Assembly (NCBI GenBank): GCA_050230475.1
Contig: JBFLGF010000208.1
Coordinates: forward strand, 1 to 64,000
Source of the DNA: Ancylonema sp.
Taxonomy: Eukaryota
Direction of reading: 5' to 3'
DNA: 64,000 nucleotides
In this document: piece by piece, positions 24,790-38,138 of the stretch
Position numbering within the stretch: position 1 is the stretch's first letter
Layout: each line of letters begins with the position of its first letter
Notes under the pieces: model-generated
The model's input: only the letters and a program-made list of their open reading frames with translations
The model's database searches: none
Told to the model about the DNA's origin: nothing
Made by a program: the position numbers and the translations under genes

Positions 24790-27700
24790 TCGCCCCAATG
24801 ATGACAGCCGCCACTTGGCGCCTGCTGAGAACCCACTTGGTGGCCACATTTGCGACACTTGTCGAATATTTGTCAGCGATTATTTTGAGAACACTCAACA
24901 GATTCTGCAAGCCATCCCATGCCCCGACCTGCAAAACCCAAGACCCCAAATCATGCGAGTAAGTGTGTAAGGCACACTCCAAGAACATGTTATTTACAAC
25001 CACTTTGCTCATGAGGAGGGCAAATTATTTGTGGATGACTTACCATTTTGAGTACAGAGAGGTACTTGGTCTTGGAGTACGTGTCAAGTTTGAGGACCTT
25101 CTGTGCCTCCTCGTATGACATGCCCACATACCTTCCCCCACGAACCAACCCAACCACCTCGTAAATCCCGACATCTAGCAGCTTGCCACCATCCAACGAG
25201 CATCCGAGCCCAACACACACACATCCACTTCACACTCTCATCTCCCCTCGAACAAATCCCACAAAAACAAGAAATGGAAGCGAATCTGGCTCAACGGTTC
25301 GCCCAACATTGGGTCAACATTGGGTCAACATTGGGTCAACATTGGGTCAACATTGGGTCAACATTTTGGCGAACTTCCTTCCATGTCTTGCTTGCGGGTT
25401 CACCTGTCAGAGAGGAACCCTCCACCCACAACTCCAAAGGGAAGGAGAGCTACGCCATTGGCCGCACAAAACTTGGCGTGTGCGACGTCCGCGCGACGAT
25501 CAAGGAGAGAGTACTGCACTTGACTGGACACCACTTTGACACCGCCGTCCATGATGGCTTGGAGGCGGGGGGTGTCGAAATTGGTCACCCCAATGTGGCG
25601 AATGAGGCCCTCCGCCTTTATAACAAGAAGGGGGAGGTGGATAGGGGGTTGGGGGTTGTGATAGGGGATGAGAAAGAGGAGGAGATTTTTTTTTTCAAAC
25701 TCTGAATGATGAGCCTTGAAGTGTGCTGAGGAGGGAAGTGCTCTAGATTGCAACATCACCTGTTCGAGTTTGATTGCATTGGTTGATTCGTTGGTTTATT
25801 GACCAAGGTTGGCATGGTTGGCATGATATAAAGAACGTATCGAAACACAGCTTGTGCTAATGTTGTGCTTTATCCGGACTCACAAGTGCATTGAGAATGG
25901 ATGCCAATTCACGTGCCAAGAACCGTGTGTCTCATACATATTTTTTGTACGATAAGACACCCACCGAACACTACTCATGACGAGATCCAAAACCAACCAA
26001 CGAAACCAACCGACCTGCAACTCTGCCAAGTAAAGAGCGGTTTGCACAAAGTTTCGTTGGTTGTAGTCGCTCCAAAAAAATTGCACCAAATCGAGGCGCT
26101 CCACTCCGAGATTTCGCATCGATCGCTGGATCCCGCTTCGGACCGAAGCCCGCGACGGATCCCGCAGTTCCGCGGCAGAAAACACGCAATACTTGGTGAA
26201 GACTTGCGCCGCAGACCTTGAACCAAAAACCCCGAACCAAAAATTTCAAAACCCATGTCCCAAAACCCAAAACCCAAAATTCAGAAATTCAAAATTCAAA
26301 ACCCAAACCCCAAGTCCAAAATACAAAATCCCTATTCCCAGACCTCAGCGATGCCTTGTCGACTTTTGTGGTCCCACTCACACATGGCATACTAGGAATC
26401 TAGCAACGTGAAATCTTCAAACTCTCAAGCCCTATCAATCCTCGCATTGGGCACTCATGTTTTCCGCACAACGAGAACCCTAAAGCCCTCCCATACACTC
26501 ATAGCTCAAAGTAGGATTCTGCACATCCAAAACTCCACATTCTAAACCCTGGCCCTCAAACCCCAAACACCCGAAACTCTAGCAGCGGAAAAATGATGTT
26601 TTCCTTTCACTCCGTACCCTAATAATGAATACTTGCGCTTTGGCTGCCAGCTCGATCAGTTTAGATGCAAGACCCCCCATCCCTTCACATTTCATACCCC
26701 CCATCCCTCCATGGACCCGATTATTATAAACGAAAGCGGAGGGGGGGATGGGAATGGAGCTGACTAACCGGCCCCGGTTTCTCAAATATTCTCCAATCAG
26801 CTTTTCGGACGGTCCGTAAATATCCGCAGTGTCGAAAGTGCGGATACCCGCCTCTGCAAACCGCTCAAAGTCTTCCACGGCCTCTCTGCCCTCTGTGCGG
26901 TCGCTGCCCTTGTCTCCATGGTGCCCCCCTGCCAGCTGGCGCCACATCAGCGGGGCCACATCAGCACCATGCTTGGAAATCGGAGGGAGAGATGGGGGAG
27001 CATATGCATACACATGCGCGTGCGTGTTGCGTTATGGTCACACCCAAAACATTGATCATGTGCCTGTTTCAAACTGCCATATCTGTCTGGTATGTGCCTA
27101 CATCCAGTGGTCACTGAGGTCACCCCTGGGTGAGGAGGTTCTGGGCTTTCAGGGCCGACACTGACTAGAGAGTTTACGCTGTATTGGCAATTGGCAAAGT
27201 CGACATTTGGTCGAACTTTTTGCTCTCAGGTTCTCTGTTTTTCTCGGTAATTATGGCCGTATTTTCATGTACCAATTTCTGTGTCGGTAGACAATTATCA
27301 TAAAATTTATATGGGATCTAGAAGTCAATAGGTACATAGAAAACAGCAAGAAAATAGAGAAAGGGTATCAGAAGCGTACCATTTTTTTTCAATTAAAGGT
27401 CAACTGATACAGCTAGCATGATTTTTCTATGTCTCTCCTCCTCCCATGGCTTCGAGCGGGGAACACCGAATGACGTCTTTATTTGTTTCACTCTAACATC
27501 TTCCTGACTGGAGGAAAGAAGAGTTCGGACGAAAGGTGGACCTCCGTTCATCCATAATTTGAATATGAGTCGCTTTTTGCTCTTACGCTCTTAAGCTCTT
27601 AAGCTACGTTATAGTTGCGTTAGAAAAAATGGATGGATGAGATTATCGGTTTATTGATTCACCAAACTCGCCCACAAAGTTCATGCCCGGTGTCGCCCTT

Positions 27701-28237
27701 TGAACCCTCGGATTCCTGGAAGCCGACAAATTCTCTACTTCCCTGCACCCGCTTGGGTCACATGAACCTGTAATCAACTCCTGGCCCTTCCGTACAGTGG
27801 GACAGCTGGCAGCATACCTGCCAGCAGCCTTTTATTATACTGGAAGGCACCAAACCGGGCGCCATTTCCTTGCCATCCGGTACCAACGGCAGCCTGACAC
27901 CTGGTCCACCCTCGACAGCTGGTGCGGCCGCCAGAGCTCTATCTCCAAAGCCGCGATTAGTGTCGGCATAGGTGGCAGAAAGACCGAATCCAAGTGAACC
28001 TCCTAGAACATGACGACGAGTGGGGAGGACACGTGGGGCGATTAGAGGAAAGGGATTCGGACTGGAGTCATTCGATGTGTTTGCGGCAGTCGAGGCATCC
28101 GAGGCATCTGACGTGTCCGCCTTAATCTGAACAAAGAATCTCTTCTGGAATCCTCTTCTGGATGCAGGCAAGCGCAGGGCGGCTCCACACAACTCCGGAG
28201 AGCTTAGAGGAAATGCCACGTGTACAGCACACTTCAT
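24644..28237 (-). CDS. Aldo-keto reductase / NAD(P)-linked oxidoreductase with a plastid-type presequence, multi-exon
   Basis: Exons give IIKGCWQ|LAGGH, FDTADIYGPSEKLIG, VFTKY, SMRNLGVERLDLVQFFWSDY, EGLIRHIGVTNFD, QVQYSLLDRR, GGGFLSDR and AAVIIGARNARH. The N-terminus is Ser/Ala/Arg-rich. Confidence 0.9.
25304..25365. repeat. 11-bp tandem repeat (GGGTCAACATT)x5 in an AKR intron
   Basis: Five perfect units at 25311-25365 plus a partial unit. Confidence 0.95.
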
Positions 28238-28476
28238 CGCTCGAGTAGCGTACTTCCTTCACAAATCCGCCTCCATAACCAAGGGCTTTCCTTGCGTGCG
28301 GTGTGGGAATGCCTCCTGCCTACGTGGATTGGAAGACACGTGAGCAATGGTCACAGTCGCGGGTGTGAGCTTTGACTGCGGGAGTGAAATTTGACCGGTA
28401 GCACGTGGCATTGACTGTTGACCGATTTCGGTCCCTCAAGCGCGGGCAGTTTGTCAACTTCGAGTTTTGAATGCTA

Positions 28477-29934
28477 GCCACGTCGGCATACAGTCAAGCC
28501 AAAACTCGGCATTTGGTACAAAACATACGGCGGTTAACCAGCTCTCCGCGTTAATTTTGAGTTTGGCCCCCTCTTCTGGTCTGCCCTCGCAGCTGAAATC
28601 ATGATTTATAACGTGGCTAACAATCCGTAAGAAAGCTTTTTCTCGCACTTGTATGTTCAACAAAATACATTGGCATGCACCGGTACACCCATCATCTGGT
28701 GGTCGTACGCAACACTACCTTGGAGCATGCAGTTGACCTGTAGTTGACTGCCACGTACGCCACCAGCTGACCCGTCGACTATGTTGGCTGACCTCCGTAT
28801 CCTCACCTTCAACCTCCTCGCGCCTGTAAGCTCCCCCTTCCCCTTGCTCTCTTGTTCTGATATCAGTGAGCCGCCCTCACACGTTATCGACCGATTCCGC
28901 AACCGTTCAGAACCGGCAGTCCAAGGTCAAGGTTGCACAGCAGTTCAGGGGGTAAGAACGAGTTTCTCCACTTGCCCAGGTGTACAAGCGAATTCCGAAC
29001 GGTCCTCATGGTGGACGGGAGAGTGATGACGTGGCCGCGTACACGGCACGCCACCTGTCGCTCATCCAGCTGATCATGGACTGTGGCGCGGATGTCATCT
29101 GTTTACAGGTACCCGCACCGCACCTATTCTACCCCGCACCCTTTACTCTTCGAAATAATACACCATAACCCCAACTCTGCCCCCCACCCGCATAGAANAC
29201 GTCGAGTTTGGAGGCCACGTCGGCATACAGTCAAGCCAAAACTCGGCATTTGGTACAAAACATACGGCGGTTAACCAGCTCTCCGCGTTAATTTTGAGTT
29301 TGGCCCCCTCTTCTGGTCTGCCCTCGCAGCTGAAATCATGATTTATAACGTGGCTAACAATCCGTAAGAAAGCTTTTTCTCGCACTTGTATGTTCAACAA
29401 AATACATTGGCATGCACCGGTACACCCATCATCTGGTGGTCGTACGCAACACTACCTTGGAGCATGCAGTTGACCTGTAGTTGACTGCCACGTACGCCAC
29501 CAGCTGACCCGTCGACTATGTTGGCTGACCTCCGTATCCTCACCTTCAACCTCCTCGCGCCTGTAAGCTCCCCCTTCCCCTTTCTCTCTTGTTCTGATAT
29601 CAGTGAGCCGCCCTCACACGTTATCGACCGATTCCGCAACCTTTCAGAACCGGCAGTCCAATGTCAAGGTTGCACAGCAGTTCAGGGGGTAAGAACGAGT
29701 TTCTCCACTTGCCCAGGTGTACAAGCGAATTCCGAACGGTCCTCATGGTGGACGGGAGAGTGATGACGTGGCCGCGTACACGGCACGCCACCTGTCGCTC
29801 ATCCAGCTGATCATGGACTGTGGCGCGGATGTCATCTGTTTACAGGTACCCGCACCGCACCTATTCTACCCCGCACCCTTTACTCTTCGAAATAATACAC
29901 CATAACCCCAACTCTGCCCCCCACCCGCATAGAA
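28477..29934. repeat. About 720-bp direct duplication (28477-29197 / 29214-29934) around the n at 29198; duplicates the EEP promoter and first two exons
   Basis: Offset 737; three single-base differences seen. Confidence 0.92.
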
Positions 29935-32849
29935 TCGCTTTCCAGCCCACCACCCACGTCACCTCCCACACCAAATGACAATAAAATTCATGAATTTCAT
30001 CTAATTTCATTCATTATACACACCCCACCTCTGAAATGGATGATTCACGTTTGTGGGAGGGTTGTCAAAGTACCCCTGGCGAGTGAATAGCGCAGTAGTT
30101 GGAAATATGAACGATGGTAAAGAGTTTAGAGATGAGAAATGCGTGGTCAACAAGGGATATGTCAATCCAAAGTAGAGTGGTTTTCAATAGATTGCTGAAT
30201 GCGTGTATACAGGGAAGCATCAAATTCTCGGCCTAGTGTGAAACGTCCGATACCATATCGACAGCCATGGACCGCCAAGAAACACTATGGGGGATACCTG
30301 AACACCCCTGAACACGGGACAGCCTCCCGAATATCTGAGAATGGCGGGTTATGGTCCATTCCAGCGGGAATCAATAAGTAGGGATTCAAATCGGTTTCGT
30401 ACAGAAAACAAGAATGAGAGGTCAGAACAGGTGTCATCACCTCTCACCTTTCAGACTGTTGCGAGGACGATGACCTCGATCATCGCCCTCAACTCTGATT
30501 CAACTCCACTCGGCTCCTGGGCTTGTGAAAATCGAACACTTGACCCTGAAACTCAATCCTGGAATCCCCTACACAGGAGTTTGGGTTCCATCCCAGCCTC
30601 AAAAACTTGTACGAGGATCGACTGGGGTCTAGATATGACTTCTACTACCTCCAGGTCAGCCGACAGCCGCGCGCCGCCTTCAAAATTCACCATTCCAAAT
30701 TCACCCCCACGTCATTTTTCCACTTGGGCCGTTCAAAATCGTTCACATCGACTTGAGACTGTCTCCCGTTTTTTCTCGTGGCAGGTGTGGGCAGTCCACA
30801 CACTGCCACCTGTCAATCTTTTAGGCTGCCACTCGGAGGATTTCCATTACAGCCGACTGTTTTAGAGGTCCATTCGTTTTTAGGGTTTTGGGTTTTTCGT
30901 CACAGAGAACAGGCAACAAAACGGACGGTTTGGCGACATTGACGTCACACCATTCGCTCGTTGTGGCCGATACGCAGGTGGGTGGGGCTCTGCTTCGCCT
31001 TTATATTTTTAGGGTTTAGGGTAGAATCAAGGCTCTGGTTTTAGGGTTTTTTTCTGGGAACCTCTGGGGATATTTCCTGTCCCTGAAAGCACTCTGCTTA
31101 TGGCTGGATGTCTCTGCATGCCCCTTCACCAGAATTGAGGGGTTTTTGGCCCTTTTGGCGTACACATACTATCCGAAATGCCATACGATGCAGCACTCGT
31201 GGATGACCAAATGCCGTTTTAGGGTTCAGTAGGTTGGCAGTTCAGTTTTTCTATCGGGAATGATGACGAAATGTGAAGAGTCAGCAGAGTGTTTTTCTGG
31301 CCAGTAAGCCGGAAGGACCTCATCATAGATTTCTCTTCTATAACAAACATGATATAACGTAGTTATGGTTATAACAATAGTAAACATTAGGGGAAAGTAA
31401 TGGATACATAAAAAGAAATCAACATGATGATGATAATAATAATATAAACGATAATAATAATAATAGTAATGCCATTGATGCAGCCACGATGATAACATTT
31501 CAATGAATATACGCATGATCATATTGGTAGGTATGGTCTCACAATCTATAATAATAGTCACTGACGAGAGTGATCATAATTTCCAACCCCATGTTTTGGG
31601 GTTCAGGAGCTCCACATCAGCGCTGATCGAGTGGCCCTCCTGCTCCGCCTCACCCTCACTGCTGCTCAGGTGAATCCAACAGACACAACCACTGTTGGAC
31701 GTATTCATCAGGTCATACACACAATGTTTAACCAGATGGTCTCTCTCTTGAAAGAAATAGTCCCTACTTTAAGACTCTAGTGGCCGCCTACACAGACGCT
31801 GACGTCACACGCGTGCATGCTGACATCAGCACGTTGGGGGGGGTCGCAGAGGGAGGAGACGGTGCTCCACGGGAGCTCCTTCCTGCTCGTCAACACCCAC
31901 CTCAGGTGATGCCAACAGAGACCCCCCATCCCAACCCCATCCCAACCCCAACTCTGGAGCCTACAGGGCTGGAGTCGCCGCAGGACGCTGACGTCATCCG
32001 TTTTTGGGCGCAGTTTCAACCACGGCAGGCTGTGGGACGAGAGGGTGCGCAGCAATCAGGTGAAGAAGCTGACCGCCCAGGTGGACGACTATGTGGGACA
32101 ATGCCAGCGGGCGGACGCACCGGTGCTCCTGGCAGGGGACTTCAATGGGAGGTGCGTGCCACGTGTGCGGATGTGGGGGCGCTGGGGGTGGGGAAATTCA
32201 GTCGGTGGGTTTGTGGGAAATCTGAAGGTGACGCAGCTGAGGGTAGGTTGGGGTTTTGTGGGGTTCAGCGACGATGCAGTGGTCCGACACTTGGTTGCCC
32301 ACGGCTTCGCATCTCTTTTCGAGAGAGTTGGAGGGCGAGAACGTGCGCCTGTCACTCATCTCACCCACAGAAATGAGGAGGTGGGATGGGGGAGGGTTGC
32401 GGGGTTTGGTTGGAGCAATGGAGGGTGGTGGGAGAAATGGAATAGTCAACTTAAATGGCCCCTTTTTTTTGTGATTTCAAAAATGTTCGTATTTTTATTT
32501 TATTTTTTGGTATGCTGAATCATCGGAAAAGTCGCAGATGCAAGCGGATTACATATTCTTGCACCCGGGACGTGGATCGCACCGACAAACCATGTGTTCG
32601 ACTCGACCGTCGGATCGACATCAGCTTCACAACGCAAGGGAGGAGCTGGAGACAGAGGGGCTTGGAGGGGGGAGTGTGGTGGGTGTATGTGACGTGGCGG
32701 GGGGGTTGAGTATTCGACCGAGGAAGTGTCTCATTCTACCAAAACACTTGTCCGCGGATAGGTGGCCGAGATCAGAGTTTTTGATTTCGGATCATAGACC
32801 TTTACTCGGAATCTATCATGTGGGGAGGCATGCAATTATGTCCAACTAG
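29518..32849 (+). CDS. Endonuclease/exonuclease/phosphatase (EEP, CCR4/nocturnin-like) family protein, multi-exon
   Basis: Exons give LRILTFNLLAP|VYKR, ADVICLQ|EFWF, RTGNKTDGLA, FLLVNTHL, PVLLAGDFNG, VTHLTHRNEE|MQADYIFL and LISDHRPL. The catalytic GDFN and SDH motifs are present. Confidence 0.88.
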
Positions 32850-34725
32850 TGCCAATGTCTTGACTGTGACATTGGCTAAAAATGGGTAATGTTTACTTGA
32901 TGGTGCTAATATTAGTAGGAGGGAGGGTATGCACAATCGATAGGCTTCCTACTTTTGGCACATAGTCTAGTCGTTGTAAATGCAAGGTCCATTGTTTTCC
33001 CCATCTCATGTACAAACTACCAAGTAGGAGGATAGTAGTTTGTCTCACATGCATTTTTGTAAATATCGGACGGAGGAAGGGTATTAGAGATTCGCCTTGT
33101 ATCCAATTTGAACTTGTATGCTTCATTTTTTAGGAGGAAATCACAATTTCTATGAAAATGAAGATGTGGTGCCGTAGTTGTCATATCCATTTTTTTAAAG
33201 ATTGAAGGGTCAAGATATACCTTGGAGAGTCTAGAGAGGAATTGCGTATTTCTGGAATACGACGAAATCACCATCTCTGTACAAGAACGTGTAACTATAT
33301 AAACATATGAATTCTAAACATTAAATCGATGAACATGATTGTTGGAGACATTGATTGGGCATACCACGCAACTACGCAAAAGAATGTACAACTCATGATG
33401 GAGGGGGAGGTCACATAGCCATAAATTGCTCTAGATATAAAATTCTAGCATGTATGGCGTGTGCTAAACGTCTACAGCTTTGCTCATGCTGAGAAAATTT
33501 TTGAAGAGCTTTCGGATGTCGCCAACATCATAAGGGTCGTTAGAATAGTTGGGTTGCATCAATAGTAGGGTTACGTTAGTGGAGGTGAAAGCAAGCACTA
33601 TCTAAGTATTGTGGCGTGTGTGTGTACCTTCATTTTGTACCCATTGTAATCACTTGAACTCTGTTTGCTGAAAGCTCGTCAACAAATACTCATTCACTTC
33701 TCAACTCAGAAATACTCATTGACTAATAAACTGAAACACATTACGCAATACATAGACAAAGCTTCTTTCTTGATCAAACGAAGTAAAAAAAACCACACCG
33801 GGGAAGCATTATTTCTCTAGTAGTGGTCTCTAAATCTGGGGCATTTTGGGAAAGGTGCCACCTCACCTGCCACAATGCAGCCGATGTGGTCTTGCCCAAT
33901 TGCGGCCCAAAATACAGCGAACGATCAATCTCAGCCACCTATAGAAAATCTTAGTGTCATACGCCACGCCACGTAATAGATTTCACCAATACATTATTTC
34001 AACTCATCTCAACACTAATATGTCACGTTAAAATTACGTATCTTCGATACAAGCTCCAAGTTCATTCAATCATCACATAAACGCATATGCATATCGAACC
34101 CTGACAAACCATCGAAACGAAAGAACAGAGTACTCCGTCAATCACTTAGGCAACTTTGGCCAACTAAAAAACCCATCACTTATTTAATAGACAACTTGCA
34201 TGTTGCAGCTATTTTTCTCATACATTTACCGGCACCAATTATGTGACCTACAAATCGATCCACTAAAAGAATGACGATCAATCTGTATAGAGGGTGATGG
34301 TGGCTTTCTTAACTGACCTCTCCCGACCGAGTCTCTACCACCTGGCATTCAAAAGTGGAACGTTTTGGCGGGTGAATCAATTCCTATATTTCTATGATTA
34401 GGACGTGGCCTCCCAGTTAATCCATTTCCGTATACGATGTCTGAATCTGCCGATATAGTCACCTTCATGGCGCAAGAATGGCGCAAGGGTACATACGTCT
34501 GGCATTAATCAGGTTCGCCAACTATCGTTTGTTGGGAAACTTTAGGCATCAGTCAGCACTCGTGCTGGATTGTATCTCTCGCAGACGCCGGAAGGTCAGG
34601 TATATTGTCATAGGGGCCCAGCGCTACACCTGCAACTTCCTACTCGCACTTCCAACACATCGCTCCGTACAAATAGAAAGGACGCGTTATCATATTTTCA
34701 CCGGTCACTGCACCTGCATTATCTA

Positions 34726-36062
34726 ATGGCAACATCCATCTGCTGTGCGCCTGCGGCAAGCTTCTTGGAGTCCAGCATTTGTCGGCAGGATTCGCATATT
34801 AAATATTGTACAGCGACATGGGAGAAGGCCGGATCCGTACGTAGAGATAGTGTACTAAAATCTCATAACATCAAAGGTTGCTCGAGGAGTGGATTTTCCC
34901 GAATCGTAACAAGAGCTGGCGAATTGACTTTTCCGGACGAGAGCAGGGGAATCAAGGAGATTTTCAGCAGTACGACCATTCCCATCCTCGACCCTCATGC
35001 AGACAGTGTTGCACCATTTGCCAAATCCGGAGTGAATACTACGGAATGTACAATCTGCATTGCTTTGAACGGTGTCAACGGAACCTTGGAGAAACGTGTT
35101 TTTGTACTTTTTAAACCAATTGACAATGAAGTAGCTTCTCAACCTTACTGGACACGATTCTCCTCTCACCCCGGGTGCAGAAGAGGAATTTGAAGAACTT
35201 GCCAAGGAAGCAGGAGACAAGCTGGTGAGTGCAGTATGCCGAATTTGTCGGTTTATTGCATTCCAACGCATAGAACCGTCCGGTACGCAAACATCAGTAG
35301 CCTTATCTGAATACCATCGAGCGTCATGCAAAGTTACTGACATTCGGACATTCAGACATTCAGACATTCAGACATTCAGACATTCAGACATTCAGACATT
35401 CAGACATTCAGACATTCAGAAGTTAAGACAAACTTCTTTGATCTGTTCGCAGGTTGTGCTTGACATCTCCACCACCCCCTGCGGGCCATGCAAGATGATC
35501 TACCCGAAAGTAGTGAAATTGAGTGAAGACTACCCTGAAGCAGTCTTTCTGAAAATTAATGGCGACCACAACGAAGGAACAAGGGTAAGAGCACTGTCGC
35601 CATCTAGACAGTTTCACTCTTTGCGCATCCTTCGTTTTTAAGGAGGCTACGAATCTGGAACATTCCATTATGTCCAAGATATATGGGATGTTAGCACGAG
35701 GAGGCTCCCAAGGCTGTGACATGCCAGATACATTCATTCGTGATAATTTCGACCCGGAAATGGGCACACAGAAGAATCTTATGGCAGAGTAGAAATATGC
35801 CGAACTCAGGAGCGAATCGTCACCTTGCTTCTCCCAGACCAGCTGGACTGACTTGTCCGATGCACAAACTTATCTTGGATATATTTTTGAAAGTTTTTGT
35901 TGTTTGTTCCAGGCTCTGATGAAAGAGTGGGGGGTGCGAGCGGTGCCAAACTTTCGGTTCTTTCGGAATGGCGAGAAAGTGCACTCTCACACCGGAGCAA
36001 AAGAAGAGGACCTGCGGGACAATTTTATAAAACACTACGATGCCGTACCAGCTGAGCTTTGA
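34726..36062 (+). CDS. Plastid-type thioredoxin-like protein (TRX-f/CDSP32-like fold), 4 exons
   Basis: Transit-peptide-like start MATSICCAPAASF. Inferred splicing gives ...CIALN|EEEFEELAKEAGDKL|VVLDISTTPCGPCKMIYPKVVKLSEDYPEAVFLKINGD...|ALMKEWGVRAVPNFRFFRNGEKVHSHTGAK. Confidence 0.88.
35339..35418. repeat. 8-bp tandem repeat (GACATTCA)x10 in a thioredoxin intron
   Basis: Nine perfect units plus one variant unit. Confidence 0.95.
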
Positions 36063-37580
36063 TTTGTCTTTTTTTTGTTTTCCCTTTTTTTTTAAAAACC
36101 AGGATGTTAGCGGAGGTAGTGAGAGAAGGCAATATTAGAGCCAGAAGTCCAAGCGTGCCTTTTTCAGCTTTTGGCGAATGTGTGGTAGGAATATAGTGTA
36201 CAGCTTGTGATCTAAGCTTAGATGCAGATGGGAGCATCAGCGTCAACATGCTGCCATAGTGTTTCAGATTAGATCACAAAGATCCGTGTTACGTTTTGGG
36301 ATGTGACCTATTTTTCGCAGATTGTACGAATACGTTGACTTCATGGAAGTATGCAAACCATGAGATGCATGCACACTCTACAGAAGACAACTTTAGTGAG
36401 ACCAAATCTCCATTCATGTTACATGCTTCAATGTCTCTATGGGCAATAACAAGGAAGCATAATGTAGTGCCGTCCGTGCATCAACACCAACACCATCGGT
36501 CATGTCCTTTGAAAAAAATGTATGCTTGTCTAATGCGCTTGCCATAGGTGCACCATACAGGAATCTGACTTGAAAGACCAACTACAAACCATGTTAGCAC
36601 TTGGAATAGGCCTAAGCAGTTTTTGGCATTTGTACGACTATATGACCTAGGTACACACTAAGTGGAGTGCTGGTCGATAGGAGTCTATAACGTATCCAAT
36701 AAAATTGGGTACAGATTCGCACAAGGGTCACAACTCGGAGTCTATTGTACCAAGGAATATTTTGTGCGGAGAATACATGCGTAGATCGGGGGAAGACAAC
36801 GAAAAAGTGTAAAAGAACACACAAGGCGTGTGTATGGCTCAATCTATTTGGATTGTGGAGCCCTTCGATGATGTGATCCTCGGCTGAATACAATCGACAT
36901 AATGGTAGATTCCGAAAAAACATGTCGAGATAATATTGTCATTTAAAAAAATAATCATTATTTATGAAAGGCCATTTTTTTTCGTTCAAATGCACTAAGG
37001 ACGGATCCTGGATAAAGGCGACCAAATTTTAGCCACAAAAATTGTACCATGTCTATTCAAGTTATTTAATGTATTACACTTGTGCCAATTTAATTTGCGG
37101 ATAAGTTCAGTACAAATATTTAGTTAAGTAAAAGTTTCTTGATGTAAAATCATTTTCACCATATCCCTCACGTCACATCACGTATATGTACGCCGTACAA
37201 ACAAACGTATCGAGCAAAGCATATTGATTGCAGGTGCAAGTTGGCACTCCCTTTCAGCACGAGGTTTCAGAATTCCAAAAGTAAATATCATTGCCACTTC
37301 TGTACAGAAGATTGTTGGCTTTTGTCCTCGTTGCCCACAGGCTTGTGCTTATTTGTGCAAACACACCATTGTGGCTACAATCATTTCTCTCATAACCAAA
37401 CATAACTCTCAATATAGAGTAAAGGGGACCATTTTGCAATCACACTCCCTCACTCACATATTAATATCAAAGTCCAAGTCTTCAAGTGGACGACATTAAA
37501 CACAAAAAGTGATATAAATATCCTGGCATCACATCCGTGTGCCACACGGACTATAGACCCTTCCCATTGGTTGCCCACAC

Positions 37581-38103
37581 TCACGTTGGCAGACTCGGCG
37601 GCATCCATAACTTCACCTTCTTATCTACGCTACCCGTTCCCAGAATCATTTTCGACCCTTGCTCTGCACCAAACACACGAGTGACACACAAGCTCTTGTG
37701 CACAAGGTGAGACACTCAACGTGAAGCAAGTATGTATGAAAACATGCAAACACAAACTTCGGTCCTTCCTCCCTCGCTTATCGATTGCGGAGCTTAGATG
37801 CTCCTTCTACTCCACTCAATCTGCGGACCCTAAAAGATCCTATCACAAACTTGCTCTTGGCGCTGAAAACCCCCCTCTTACATTGAACTCCAACAAAATC
37901 GAGCTAAGAATTATTGCCGTTGTTTCATGTAGGCATTGAAAAAGCAATCCACTTCTTGTCGCCGTTCTCACCTGTTAACAGCGTTTTATGAGCCCACGCA
38001 GCACATGTGATCGAACCTGCCACCAAACTCATATCCAACACCTCAGCAGTGACACGTGGCACGACTCACGCACTCTAGGAAGGAAAAGCCTGAAAGAGCA
38101 CAT

Positions 38104-38138
<35 letters not shown>

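Noticed and set aside
27166..27737. Possible MITE in an AKR intron (TAGAGAGTTT ... AAATTCTCTA)
   Set aside because: Only a 10-bp imperfect inverted match with no clear TSD; it cannot be supported without a copy-number search.
25304..35418. Short regular repeats (11-mer, 8-mer) considered as CRISPR-like arrays
   Set aside because: The units are directly adjacent with no unique spacers, there are no cas genes, and they sit in eukaryotic introns.
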